NCBI RefSeq assembly: GCF_004010195.1
Contig: NC_057718.1
Coordinates: 46,031,897 to 46,095,896, forward strand
DNA length: 64,000 nucleotides
Reading direction: 5' to 3'
Source: Chiloscyllium plagiosum
Lineage: Eukaryota
Part shown: in pieces, positions 50,521 to 64,000 of the stretch
How the letters are laid out: the number at the start of each line of letters is the position of its first letter
Position numbering within the stretch: position 1 is the first letter of the stretch
Program-made: the position numbers and the translations under genes
The notes under the pieces: model-generated
What the model saw: the letters and a program-made list of their open reading frames with translations, nothing else
What the model was told of the DNA's origin: nothing
Databases searched by the model: none

Positions 50521-51902
50521 GTCTCTTGTGGTGACCAACATGAATAGAATTAAAGGAAAATATACAGGTAGTGTTCCAGGCTACGTTAAAATAAATGTGC
50601 CATATTTATATGAATGTAGAGGTCTGAATGGGTAACTCAAAAGATTGAACAAATTAAAACACTTATTGTGGTTTGGCTATCATAATGAATATTCTATTTC
50701 AAGCCACAATCAAGTTTTTACAGTGTTAAGAATTAAAATGTCACACTCTAAAATACCTTTGGCTGAAAACATCTAATTTGGATTTTTAATACAATAAAGT
50801 GTATGCATTCTCTCAGAGCATTCTTACATAGAAATGTTTTTAATACTGCTATTTATTGCCTTTGTTGTAAAATTCAAATGCGTGTCATTAACATTGTTTG
50901 ATGGCTGTGTTATGTCATTGTTGTGTCATACAGTTAACCTCTTTTTGATCGAAATCAGTCATGAGTGATCTGAACTTTATTGGTCAATATATTTTTTTTT
51001 CCGATTTGAGGTCTTTTTGTATAATTTTGCCACTAGCCATTTGCCTTTTCACTCTTCTTTCCCAGTGAATTGGCACTATGTTTTCAAAGTCTGTATTGTA
51101 CACTTTTCTTCTTTCAAAATAATGTCATTGAAATGAGTAAGGCAATTAAGGATCCTGGAAGGCTTTTAATTGCTTTATTTCCAGTATGAGCTGTGACTAA
51201 AATGTTATTAACAGTAAGGAATTGCTGACATGCCTCCTCTAAAAGATGTGCATAGCTATTCTGTCTGAATTAACCTGAGAAGGAAATTTTGTTTCCAATA
51301 ATGCTGAAGTAGTAATTGTAACAAACAATATATCCTATTAGTGAGTTTATACATTTGTCACTCAAGCACATGCCCTGTGAAGCGAATTCACGCTTTGTAA
51401 GCAAACTGACTCTTAAGTGCCTTGCTTTTCTTTACACCTCAGGCCTTGTACAGTTCCTTTTTTATGTTTTGCTTTTGTGTCTCTTTTCATATTTCTTTCA
51501 AGACACAAATTACTTTTATTCCAATCCACAAGGACCAATGTGCAACAGAAGCTTTAAATGTCAAAAGGCATACATTTTGTTTTCTAAAATATTCTCGAAA
51601 ATAACTGATTAATCTTCTTGGAATCAAAGCAAAAGCTAGCAATTTTGTTTTCATTTAACATGAGATTTCATACCTGTTTAATATGCCGTACAGCTGCTTA
51701 TAGGCTCCTTTAAATAATGGATTTTTCAAACTCAGTCTTTCAACTTTTCATCTTTCATGTTATCTTAATAATAATACTCGAATTCAATCGAAAGAATCTA
51801 CAGTGTTCTATTTTACTTGAGGATTAATAAGATAATCTTGTCAACACTGACTTCATCTTCTAATGGTTATTTTCCCTTTTCTTAATTTTTAAAAATTTTC
51901 AG

Positions 51903-51954
51903 TTTAATACCCAGTCCATGTGAAGCCTCATCTCCCCAGACCACAGAAGGGCAG
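51903..51954 (+). other. Candidate small exon (52 bp)
   Basis: Pyrimidine-rich acceptor ending ttttcag and donor CAG/gttagt. The only open frame is LIPSPCEASSPQTTEGQ. Confidence 0.28.
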
Positions 51955-52531
51955 GTTAGTGACCTATTCTCATGTTTTGCCCTGAGTTACTCTGTGGCCA
52001 GCCACTGGATGGCAAATAGGAATGTTTCCATGTTAGTAGCTTTCTTATTTCTGTCATTTTTTTTGGTGAAGTGTTAAAAACGCAAATAATCTGATACAGA
52101 TTAAGGAACACAAAGCAGCAGCCCAAACTCCAAATCCACAATGTTGAATAAAACACATTAGGGGTACAAGTACATTGCAATAATTTCATTTGAAGGAAAG
52201 AAATTGAAAAATGTTTAGCATATTTTGACATTATGCCTAAAGTATTACTGAATTCTGCAAGTCAAAGCAACTAAACTGGCACTCTGTGGCAGTCATTAAA
52301 CAAATTAATTTAAGCTTGTAAAAAGAACAGCAGAAAAGGTAATTGAAAACAATCTGAGGTGGACACAAAGAAATTGACATTAATATCCATTTCCCATACC
52401 CACGATCAACAGGGTAGGGTCAGGGGAGCTAAGAATTAAAAATTGTGAGCTCAACTCATCTTGTACTTGACTGCAGTCATTTTAATGATGATGGGCTGCA
52501 TGATGTGTATGTCTCCATGTTGGAAATGCAA

Positions 52532-52852
52532 AGATTAGATTAGATTAGATTACATTACAGTGTGGAAACAGGCCCTTCGGCCCAACAAGTCCACACCGAC
52601 CCGCCGAAGCGAAACCCACCCATACCCCTACATTTACCCCTTACCTAACACTACGGGCAATTTAGCATGGCCAATTCACCTGACCTGCACATCTTTGGAC
52701 TGTGGGAGGAAACCGGAGCACCCGGAGGAAACCCACGCGGACACGGGGAGAACGTGCAAACTCCACACAGTCAGTCGCCTGAGGCGGGAATTGAACCCGG
52801 GTCTCAGGCGCTGTGAGGCAGCAGTGCTAACCACTGTGCCACCGTGCCGCCC
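52532..52852 (-). mobile_element. HE1-type V-SINE, full-length, youngest-looking copy
   Basis: A box TGGCACAGTGG, B box GGTTCAATTCC, V core, CpGs retained and a (TAATC)n tail. Confidence 0.95.
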
Positions 52853-54170
52853 ATGTGCCTATCCAAGAGTTGCTTAAATGCCCCTAATGTATTTTGAATT
52901 TTGTCTTCTATGACCAAACCAATTTTATATCCATTTGGCCACCTACTCCGGATCCTATGTGATTTTTGATTTTGTACCAATCTGCCATGTAGGACTTTGG
53001 TACAAGTAATCAAATACCTTACTGAAGTCCACATAAATTATATCCACAGCCCTTCCCTCATCAATAATCCTCGTCATCTATGAAAAAAATTCAAAAAGGT
53101 TGATGAGACATGACCTTCCCCATACAAAACCATGCTGCCTGTCACTAACTAGTCCATTTTCTTCCAAACATGCATATATCTTATCCCTCAGTATTTTCTC
53201 CAAGAACTTCCCCACCACAGATGTCAGGCATACCAGCCTATAATTTCCTGGATTATCCCTGCTTCCTTTCTTAAACAAGAGACCAGCATTGACTGCAGTC
53301 CTCTGAAACCTCACCTATGGTCAAAAAGGATGTGAAGGTATCTGCTAATGTCCCAGCTATTTCTTCCCTTGCCTCTCACGGTAACCTGGCATAGTTCCCC
53401 GGGGATTTGTCTACCTTAATGCAATTTAGGATACACAAAACTTCCTCCTTTAATATATTGACATTCTCTAGAGGATTCATAAAGTCATCCCTGATCTCAA
53501 CAGGAATCATATCCTACTCCTTGGTGAATACTGATACAAAGTATTTGTTAAAGGTCTCTCCCACTTCCTGTGGCACCATGCAAACTTCTCTCCTTTGTCC
53601 TTGAGTGGACCTACTCTTTCCCTTGCTACCCTCTTTCTTTAATACATGCAAGATATACATCCTAGAACATTTCCAGCAGATTTGTGAAACATGATTTCCC
53701 TTTTGTAATTTCATGCTGACTGTGTTTGATTCCACCACTATTTTCTAAGAGCTCTGCTATAAAATCTTTGATAATGGATCTCCTCCATTACCAGCGTCAC
53801 AGCCACTGGTCCATAATTCTCTGTTTTCTCTCTATCTCCCTTAATAAATAATAGGGGAATATTATTCACTCTCCAAACTATGGTAACTGTTCCAGAATTT
53901 AAAAATTCTTTGAAGATGTGCATCAATGCATCCACTATTTTTGAGGCCATGTCCTTAAGTACTCTGGGATGTGGATTATCAGGTCCTGAAGATTTACCAG
54001 CTTCTGCAGGCTTACTCTCATACTCTATTTTCCCCTTCTTAATCAAGTCCTTGGTCCTCCTTATCTAATTTCTAAACTGTTCACAATCCTCAGGTCTACC
54101 GTTTTTTCTTTCTTCTTGCCAATTTATATGCCTTTTTTTTGTTTCAAATACAATATATAACTTCAGTATT
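52853..54170 (-). mobile_element. CR1 LINE RT fragments (at least two pieces)
   Basis: FKKGSRDNPGNYRLVCLTSVVGK..QHGFV.GRSCL.NL.EFF and KSSGPD..HPRVLK. Confidence 0.85.
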
Positions 54171-57100
54171 ATGGTCTCTTGACTCTTTTCCAATTGTGTG
54201 CCAGACAGGAGCGAGCAGCTAGAGATGATGAGTGCTATGTGAGCCAGGAGGATCAGGAATGCTCTACCCAACCACTCAAACTGTGGATTCTTCTCACTGA
54301 CATATTTAGCTACACACCTTCCAAGCCTTCACCTCTCCCCTCCCCCCTCCCCACCCCCACTCTCAAGTCATCGAGCCCAAGATCTGCCAAAACCCTCCTT
54401 CCCAAGCCATGATCTTTCCTTCCTGCCCAATTGTCAGTCTGGGTATGTCTTCAATCTGCAATCTGTCTCAATACGATCAAGCTGCAGAATTCAGCAGCAG
54501 GCTTTCCTGACTCATTGACCAGCCTCTCAATCGAGCCCGCTGCTGGGTGGCACATGGAATCGATAACCATTAGTGAGTTGCTGCCTTGAAAAGGGAGAAG
54601 ACAGCTTACAGGATTACTGGGAAAGAGCAGAAAAACAGGACTAATTAACTCTTTCAAAGCATGAGAAAATGTGATGGGCTAAACGTCTTCTTTCTGTGGT
54701 ACAAGTTGCAATGAAAGCTGTGTCGAATTAAAGTTTCACAGGTTATGAGCTAAACTGAGTATCTATTCATCTGCTGGGATTCTGCCAAGTTTCTCAGGAA
54801 ACCTCACAGTACCTTTAGTCAAACTCTCACAATAACAATCAGACAACTATTTTTAACATATTGCACTGTGTCTATAGATATGGCAAAATGTCTCAAGGAC
54901 ACCCAGGATGCTGTCTCTGTTATTTTTCCTATTCCAAAAGGAGTAATATTTTTGTTAAATATTATAAATAGCCATATTGTCCTTGCCCATATTTAGCTGT
55001 TATTATTAATGAATTTGCTATGCACCTTATAGCTTAAATCACGGTATGGTTAAATGATGGACTATCATTTTCTGAAGACCAGACAATGGCATGTCCAGGA
55101 AGCTAAATACAGCAATACAGATTTCTGTTTGACCCTGGTTTTGCTGTACACCAATCCCAGCTCACCCCCCAACAATCACATTTAGTTTGTACCAAGTGAG
55201 AACTGATTTATGAGAATCATCTGAGGAAATAAAAGTTGCAATAAGAGCAGGGAAAAGATTAATCACCTTTGGGCCTGATATTATTTTCATATGCTCACTT
55301 CCAGCAAGGGTGTGTGGTTGGTAATTAGAGTTGGAAACTCTACCTGATTCCATCCCCATTAACGTAGGTGTGCTATGTTTATTTAATGTGTCCGCATATT
55401 ACTGAGGCTGAGATACGTATGAACTGGAGATTAAATATGGGATCATCCTAGTACATGTGGCTCCGATACTCATTTGTGCGTCAGCACCCAACTGCGGTTG
55501 GTCCTTTAAAGATCAATGTGAATCAAGCTGTGTGACTGGTTTTTTAAACCCACTATGAGGATGTGTCCAGAAAACACAATTCATATCAATGAGGAATCAA
55601 TGACTGACATATTTAACCAATCCATTGTATTAGAGTTCAAATTCATTTTAACCGTGTGCTTCCAATATTTTCTAATTTAGTTCAATAGACCACTGCAGTA
55701 TTATGATCAAATGTGTGGTTTATTATCAGTGTTCCATTGTTTATATTTTGCAAACATGTTGCAGCATGGACTAGAAGGGATCAAATTCCCTGGCTTGTTG
55801 CATTGGATCGCTGATGTAGTTATACCCAGAGCCCAGTAGAATAATTCAGTCTGATATCTGGGTGTACAAAGTCAGTGTCCATTTGGCCTTTACAAAGCTA
55901 TTCAGTCAGAGGAGCCTGGTTGAAGAGGAAAAAACTCCTGTTCCTGCTTTCCTCTAAAGGATCTGGAGTGGCGTGTTGCACTGAGTGAGATGATGCATGT
56001 TAACATCCAGATTTGAGGCTGAGAAGGAATGGACTGCATGGAGTCAGAGATTGGACACTCCACCTTCCCATTGACAAATACATTCTTGGATGTACAACAG
56101 GTATGGGCAGTTAGTCATCTTAAATCAAGTAATTGAAGCACAGATGGCCCCACCCCATCCCAATCTCAAGTAAAAGAGATGCTTGATCCTACAAATTCAG
56201 CATTGTAAGGCACAAAGCATTACTACCTGATGCACGGCCTGCACATTCCAACAAAGATTTTCTCAATCTACCACTGCAGGTTTGGCAGAGGTTGGCTGAA
56301 CCCTGAATTAATGCAGTAATTGGTGAGAAATGGATGATCACACAGTTATTGCAAGGTTTCCATTTACATTAGAAAGGCTGGAGATTCTTTCTCCCATCCC
56401 CCTCTCTTCACCTTTTACTGATTTTTATGTGGTACCAAAGTGGCCTCAAGTCTATACCATGTGAGTGGTAGTCACTGAATCAATGTGTAAATCAATGAGC
56501 TCCTCCCCCAAATGTCTTCATTTCAAAACCTAAACATTTGCTGTAAATATAAAGCACAAAAAGAATGTTGTTATAATTGTGAAAGATGTGAAGAAGGGTA
56601 GATGATTGACAAATGTTACAATGTTTAATATATATGAGTTGTCTTTTTTTATATATATATGAGGAAAGAGCAAAAGTGATTACAAGAAAATAGCCAAGTG
56701 GTTCAGGTGACGCTATTCACGACCAGCTTGGATTTTATTTAGTTTTATAGAATTTGATACAACTCTTAATTCAGGCTTACAATGTTTTCCAGCTTGTTTC
56801 TGTTGTGTATTCAGTGTTTTCACAGTACACTGCCAAGTCTAAGCAAGAGATAACTTTGTTTTATTTAAAAAGACAATCTCTTCTTTATAATAGGAATATT
56901 TTCATCTTTTGTTCACATCAAATCACATAATGAATGATTACACAAGTAGTACATTAAAGATTTGCAAAATGAATATTTTGGTTGGCATAATATAAGAATT
57001 CTGACATAAGGATAATACTTTTTAACAATTACTCTAACTCCATTTATAAATAAAGTATGATTTCCCATGATAATTGCAATTTAAAGACACTATAACCCTT

Positions 57101-57524
57101 ATTTTTGATGTTCCTTGTCCCTCAGAGGGTATTATGTTTGTCCTTTAATTATTTGATGGCATGTTTCTGCAAGGTTTAGAATAAATTAATCAGTTTCTCA
57201 ATGCCCCCCCACCCTGTCATTAGATCAGAATGAATGGCAAATGCACATGGCTGCCTGAACTGTAAATAGGGATTTTTTTACCTGACTGTATAATCTTGAA
57301 AGGAAATATCTGTAGGGCATCAAATGGTGGAGGAGATGGAATAAGATATTACTTTTGGTGCTATTTAATTTCTTATGTGGAAGAAGATGTATGTAACAAA
57401 CTAGAAAGTGTGCAATACAGTCACACTGGAGTTAGCAGTGCCATGAATATATGGATAAAAATTTCTTACTCAGATGTGGAATATTTTCTATCACTGAAGA
57501 TGTAATTGACCTTTGATAACTTTA

Positions 57525-58520
57525 AGGATAAGAACAGAAGAACTAGAAGCAGGGAGAGGCAATAGCTCCTTCAATTGCATTGCCATTTAATATAAGCATG
57601 GCTGATATCACTTAGGTCTCAATGCCATTTTCCTGCCCACTTTCCATAATTCTTCAACTCGTTACTAATTAAGAATCTGAATTTCTCCTTCTTAAATTTA
57701 CTCAATCTCCCATCATCCACTGCATTCTGAGGTAGGGAATTCATAACCCTTTGGAAGAAGTAATTTCTCCTTGTCTCCATTTTGAATCCACCACCCCTTA
57801 TCCCAAAACTATGATCTCATAGAGTCATAGAGTCCTACTACATGGAGACCGGCCCTTCAGCCCAGATTGGTCCATACTGACCAAAATGTCCATCCACGCT
57901 AACCCCATTTCTCTGCACTTGGCCCATATCCTTCTAAACCTTTCTATGTATTTGTCCATATGCTTTTTAAATGTTGTTAATGTACCCGGCTCAACCACTT
58001 CCACTGGCAGCTCATAACACATGCATACCGCCCTCGGTGTAAAAAGGTTGCTCCTCAGATTCTCTTTTCTTCTTTCCCCTCTAACCTTAAATTGATGCCC
58101 TCTAGTCCTCGATTTCCCAATCATGGGAAAAAGACTGAGTGCATTCACCCTATCCATGCTTCTCATGATATTATACATTTCCATAAGATCTAATTTCTTG
58201 TCTAGATTGTCCCACAAGTGGAAAAGTTCTATTTATAATTACTTGGTCAATCCCTTTTTGCAACTCATAAACCTCAATCAGATCCCTTCTCATTCTAAAC
58301 TTGAAAGAGTATAGGCATACATTTCTCCACTCTCTTCACAAGCCAAATGCCTCATCTTTGGAATCAATTTAGTGAATCTCATTTAAACTGCCTTCAATGC
58401 AACTACATGCCTCTTCAATAAGGAGACCAAAACTAAGAAATACTCCTAGTGCAGTCTCATGAATGCTTTGTACATAAGCAGCAATATTTGTTTACTTTTT
58501 TATTCTATCCCTTTAGTCAA
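57525..58520 (-). mobile_element. Nested CR1 3' fragments (inner copy ~57817-58190)
   Basis: DLMEMYNIMRSMDRV..LFP..SRTRGH. A (CATAGAGT)n tail lies inside an older copy. Confidence 0.8.
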
Positions 58521-58529
58521 AACTCCAGT

Positions 58530-58815
58530 TCGTAGAATCCCTACAGTGTGGAAGCAGGCCATTCAGCCCACATCAATCCTCCAAAGAGCATCCCAGACCT
58601 AGCCCATCCACATAGCCCCACCCATCTAGCCTGCACACCTGGATACTGGGCAATTTAGCATGGCCAATCTATCTCACCTGCACATCTTTGGAATGTGGGA
58701 CTAAACCGAAGTACAGGAGGAAACCTCAGGGGGAGGATGTGCAATCTCCACACAGACAGTAGGCCGAGGGTAGAATTGAACCTGGGTCCCTGGCACTGTA
58801 AAGCAGCAGTGCCAC
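58530..58815 (-). mobile_element. HE1-type V-SINE, diverged
   Basis: Colinear with 52532-52852. Confidence 0.8.
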
Positions 58816-61747
58816 TCCTTATTTGCCTTTCTTATTACTTGCTGTACCTGCATACTTGTTTTCAGTGATTCATGATGCTGGTGGAGGAATTCAACATTGT
58901 ATTATCTTGGAGTTAAAGTCTCGCCTGAAAGACAACAAAGTTTGTCAAATAAGGGAAGCTGCAGCAGAGAATCATACATTAATCCATATGATGATTAATA
59001 ACAGGCCCCACTTTTGAACTTTTCAGAGAACTTAAGTGATAGGATGTTCCATATTGGGAACATGTCAGGCTGTGTTAAGAAATGGGGAGAAGGTTAAAAA
59101 CCAAACTCTTCAGTGTGTGGTAAAAGTAAAAGCTCTGAGAATTGGGTTTGCTCAAGAAGGTATACCTAAAAACTGTAGACTGAAAGTTTACTTTTGTCAC
59201 AAGAAGGTTTACCTAAGAACTATAGACTAGAAGTTTAAAACCAAGTCTGTCACAAGTCAAGTCAAGCAAGTCAAAAGGTGTTCTCTAATTTATAATGTCC
59301 TGACTGGAAAAGTTTGCCATTACCAGTGAGTTTCACTGAGAAGGTGATACAGATGATGGAAAGTTTTGCTACAAGATAAACTATCACCTTTTTCATCTGG
59401 TAAGGAAGGCATATCAATTATTAGCCTTAATGACATAGAATCAACATTCTCACTGATGTTGTCAGGTGACTTGAAATTCTCAAAAATGTTAATTGAATTA
59501 AAAGGTATTTATTTGGGCTACCAATGAAAATTGTTTACCCGTTCCTTTATAAAAGCCTGTTTAAAATGTTGTTTAGTTACTGATCCTGTTACTCTGGGTG
59601 TTATTCCAACTTTACTCATTGTAAGTCTTGATTTTTTAAAAATGGAAATAACCTACATGGGGAAAATGCATTACTGTCTTCAATGATTTCAGGACATCCT
59701 GTACAGGATGTTGAAACTGAAAATGTACAGAAAAAGCTGGGTGACTTGAAAGACCCAACTGTCATTTGTTTTGTTTAAAGTGTGTCCATAGTTATAAAAT
59801 TGGTATGCTAATTTGAAAATGGCTTTGGAACATTAGGATGCAAAGAAAACATTAATAGCAGTTTTATGTAAAACCATCTGAATAAAAAATGTAAAATCAG
59901 CACAAGCAACATGATACAGAGTAGCTAGCAACAGTACTCAAGGTTAATGATTCTAAAAGGAAAACAAAAAAACATTCTGGAAGCTATTTTCTGAACAGCC
60001 TATAAAACTTTTATATTCTTTTGGTGTCTAGAATTAAGAAGTGGGATTGCACTGTTTCATATAGGTTCAGCAAACCTTCTTTGATTTGGTATTTAAGCCT
60101 TTCTTTATAAAGACCATTCAATATGATATACCTTACAACCACAGCTTTGTCAGACAATTGCACACAACCTGGTTGTTCACATAATGCAATCACTGCTGCT
60201 TCCTTGAAGGTGATCCTATGCCAAAATCACATCATTTATTTTGAAGGCAATTCTAGAAATTTCCTCAAGGGGTAATTTTATGATTTTAGGTGCTCCATTT
60301 TCATTTGCATTAAGAGTAACAAAACCTTCTGTATTTGATTTGATATATGAGACATTTGGACACATCCAGAAGCAGAAGTAGAAGGATTCCATTAATATCC
60401 TCAATTCTAAACTCCCAATAAACAGAATTCAGGAATGCAGTAATTTCCTGAGCACCATAATATGCAAATTGGCATAAGACAACATGCATCAGATAGCAAA
60501 AAAAGCTTTTCTTTCAAACAGAAACTGACACACACCCATACACAAAATAAGAATATTATCCTAAACATACCTGAGGTAGACTGGTGGGGTCATATCTGAT
60601 GTATTTCCATTGCAAATGCACAAAGTTGGCATATTTTAATGATGATCCTATTTACTGCATCTCAAATGTCAAAAAAGTAACAATTGGCTTAGTTACTGTT
60701 GCAATAGTTCTCTCCATATAGCAGATTCTGAACTTAAGCCTTAAGCTAGAGATTCTGCATTCATTTCATTTATGATTTCAAATTTTCTTAGCTACTAGTT
60801 TGATTACTATTCCTGTATTAATGTTTTTAAACTGTAGCCTTTCCTTTGCAGCCTCCTTCTCCCCATTTACAAAAGTATAAACTTTTCACTGTACTCATTG
60901 AGCATATGTGACAATAAAGGCTATTCTTTTCTATTCTATCCTGACCTTTGCATATTCATTTACCCTTTTCACCCATTTGGCTTTCTGTCTTTATTCCTTT
61001 ATAGGCAACTGGTCTTCCCTAATCCCTCCTTTCCCCCAAGCCACCCTGCACCATCCTTCTTTCTCCAACCTTGCAAGGTATCCTCCACCCCAACTTCCCC
61101 CATTTTCAAACTATTTGCCTCATGTCCCCCACCTCATAGCGGGGAGAGTACCCCAAGATCCAGCTGACAGCAATCCCCCGACTGGGTGATGGCAACCAGT
61201 AGACTTGGCCAATGGCATCCTGATCAGGTGATGACACCATTCTCAGTAGGCTGATGGCATTCCTAGACTCAAGCCATTGCAATGGCTGAGGGGCTGAAAT
61301 CACCCCCAAGCAAACATCCTGTGCCCCATCTCCTTGCCCAGTCTGGACTCAGCCCCCAGTACCCTACAAGAAATAGACTCAGTCTCAGGTACCCTTCAAG
61401 GCCCAGATCCAGTCCATAACAATGTTATCCTGAGGCCTATTTGACAACAATCCCAGTGACACACTCACCACAGCCACTTATCTGCTCCACCAGTCACAAT
61501 TTTATTCTCCCCTGCATTTACTGCTGATATTTTTCAAAGATTTATTTATTTATCTATTTAATGTTAAAAGATGTAAACACAGTAGAGAGCCAATTACCTA
61601 CATTTCCAGCAAACAAAGACAGGTGGCAAGTGTACAACTGCATTGTGATGAGCCTGGATTCAAAATGATGACTTGAGTGACTGCCTGATAGAGATAACAG
61701 ATAATAATATTTTTTTAATTATAAAGTATTTTTTGTTTTGACAGGCA

Positions 61748-62405
61748 TTAAGACCATGAGACCATGAGACCATAGGAACAAAAATTAGACCATTCAGCCC
61801 ATCGAGTCTGCTTCACCATTTAATCATGGCTGATAAGTTTTTCAATCTCATTCTCCTGCTTTCTCCCCGTAATCCTCGATCCCCTTTACAATCAAGAACC
61901 TATCTATCTCACTCTTAAATACACTCAATGACCTGGTCTCCACAGCCTTCTGTGGCAGTGAATTCCACAGATTCACCACTCTCTGGCTGAAGAAGTTTCT
62001 CCTTATCTCCATTCTAAAAGGTCTTCCCTTTACTCTAAAGTTGTGTCCTCAGGCGCCTCAGGTGCTAGTCTCTCCTACCAATGAAAACATTTTCCCAACA
62101 TTCACTCTGTCCAGGCCATTCAGTATTCTGTAATTTTCAATTAGACCCCCCCATCCTTTTAAACTCCATCAAGTATAGACTCAAAGTCCTCAAACCTTCC
62201 TCGTATGTTAAGCTGTTTATTCCTGGGGCCATTCTTGTGAACCTCTCTGAACGTGCTCCAAAGCCACTACCTCCTTCCTGAGATATGGGGCCCAAAACTT
62301 CACACAGTACTCCAAATGTGGTCTGACCACAGTCTTACAGAGCCTCAGAAGTACATCCCTGCTTTTATAATCAAGTCCTCTTGAAATAAATGCCATCATT
62401 GCAAT
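61748..62405 (-). mobile_element. CR1-type LINE 3' end, relatively young
   Basis: MAFISRGLDYKSRDVLLRL.K..VRPHLEYCVKFWAPYLRK and an (AGACCATG)n tail. Confidence 0.9.
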
Positions 62406-64000
62406 AATTATGGAATTACAATAGTTTTGACAGTGCAGCTAAAGCAGTGAAGGACCATGGGATCCCTTTTGAAAATTTGTATTTGTCACAAAATGAATAT
62501 TGTTGATGGAATTATATAACATTGATGATTCCAAGTAAGTTGGTGCTTTGTTGGTGGTGGTAAGTATGTCAGGTCAGGACAAAAAGGTTAATTAGTCATC
62601 ATATTATTCACACTGTCTCTACCTTCACTACAAAGAAGTAATCATTGTTTAAAACCCCTGGTGTTGAAGAACTAAAAGATATTTCAAAATTGATAATCCA
62701 TTGATTGTAAAAGAATTATGAGAGGAATTTCAACAGCAGGTACTTAAAATGATTGTGATTTCTTTTCAGCTTGCTGCTGCTTTAGTTATGAAGTTTTGGT
62801 ATTTACTTAAGAAAGAAGTTGACTTCTCAATGCTTTTTTTTCTAAAATTAATGTCAAATAATTACTATTAGCCTTATTTTTCTTTTGTAATCTCATTGTG
62901 TCAATTTCTGTGGATTCCTGAATATATTTGTTCAAATGGTTAGTACTGAATGCTTGGAGAGATTAGAATAATTATAGTCGAAATAGCTGAAATAATAACA
63001 CAGGACAGTCTTTAACCACACTTCATGCACTTTTCTGCAGTGTCACAGCTGCCTTCTGCTGAACTGTCTGGCCCCAGGCATTAACCTACCTTTCTCTTTC
63101 AGGTGCTGATGTACCAATTGGTCATTACCACCACATTTTGTTTTATGTTCCACAATTATTCTTCACAAGGTGTTCCAGGGATGTTTGTTTATCATAGTTC
63201 TTTTGTTAGTTTACTTGTTAAAATAAATATTAAATCTGCATTAAATGACTGTTTGAAATGAGAAAGATGGCAAACTGTACAGCTGGTATGTTTACCCCTA
63301 TGTGAATGCATTAAACTTTACTCTTGGTTTTCCTGAAGAACAGTCCAGAGGGCTAACTTGACAGCTAATGGCAGGTCCTTCTGGTCCATTGCACTGACCA
63401 TCTGACAGAATACAAAGTCCATTGGTCCATGTAAACTGAAATGACATTGCATTCAAAAATCACTGGTTGAATTGAGCATTTGCAGCTGTTTGCACAATGT
63501 ATTTGTAGGTTATGGTCACTTTTATCATTTAGAAGCACTCAACATATACACTAAGATTGTCCTTTATGAGCTCTTTTTTGTGAAAGGAAAGAAGTCAAGA
63601 AGCCCATGGAGACAGCAAGGGCAAAGACTGAAGATAAAATTGTGATATACTTCAGGAAACTCGGTTTAACTGAACATGTGGTTTTCTGGATAATTACTTG
63701 ACTTTGCAAACAGTAAATTCTGAAAGTTTTATGTTTTTATGTCATAATCCACATAGTATTGTTGAAATGTTAAATATCTAGTTTTTAGTTTTCTATTGAA
63801 TAATTTAATCATTTGTACTTGAAGATGGGACAATATTGGTAAAGTTATAATTATTGCCATTATAATCTTTATCCCTGCCAATAATTCTGTTTCCTAGACA
63901 CTGGTTCAATCACTTTATTTTGTCAGTGACTGAAACAAATTGTTCACAACCTTGATGTCATATTTGGCATGAAAATGAGTTTCAAACTATATGTCTGGTT

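Noticed and set aside
52780..52852. tRNA-like sequence with A and B boxes
   Set aside because: This is the tRNA-derived head of the SINE, not a tRNA gene. The same applies to the other copies.
59693..59710. Perfect 18-bp palindrome ACATCCTGTACAGGATGT
   Set aside because: About 0.25 such palindromes are expected by chance in 64 kb (64000/4^9), and there is no supporting context.
1..64000. CRISPR arrays, operons or other prokaryotic systems
   Set aside because: There are no regularly spaced repeats or gene-dense ORFs. The repeat content is vertebrate.

Overview
Eukaryotic, AT-rich, repeat-dominated DNA with no intact multi-exon gene that I can recognise. The repeat content (HE1-type V-SINEs with (TAATC)n tails, HER1/CR1 LINEs, Deu-domain SINEs) points to a cartilaginous fish, probably a shark intron or intergenic region (inference). 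The main element is a ~5.9 kb decayed LTR retrotransposon (5980-11880) with Gypsy-type domains in the unusual Gmr1 order gag-PR-IN-RT-RH, a tRNA-Pro-like PBS and a PPT. Its 3' LTR is fused to an inverted copy of its own RNase H segment. Several short Penelope-like insertions, two of them hairpin-shaped and most flanked by long TSDs, carry minimal hammerhead-ribozyme motifs. One with an intact core sits in a chimeric SINE inside the 5' LTR. Also present are three decayed Harbinger transposases, two pogo/Tigger-type MITEs, an older Gypsy gag relic, RTE and Tx1-like fragments, an unexplained ~97% identical 228-bp inverted repeat and a few candidate host exons. Family names come from motif recognition, not database searches, and boundaries of old repeats are approximate. 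I found no convincing evidence of a wholly new biological system.
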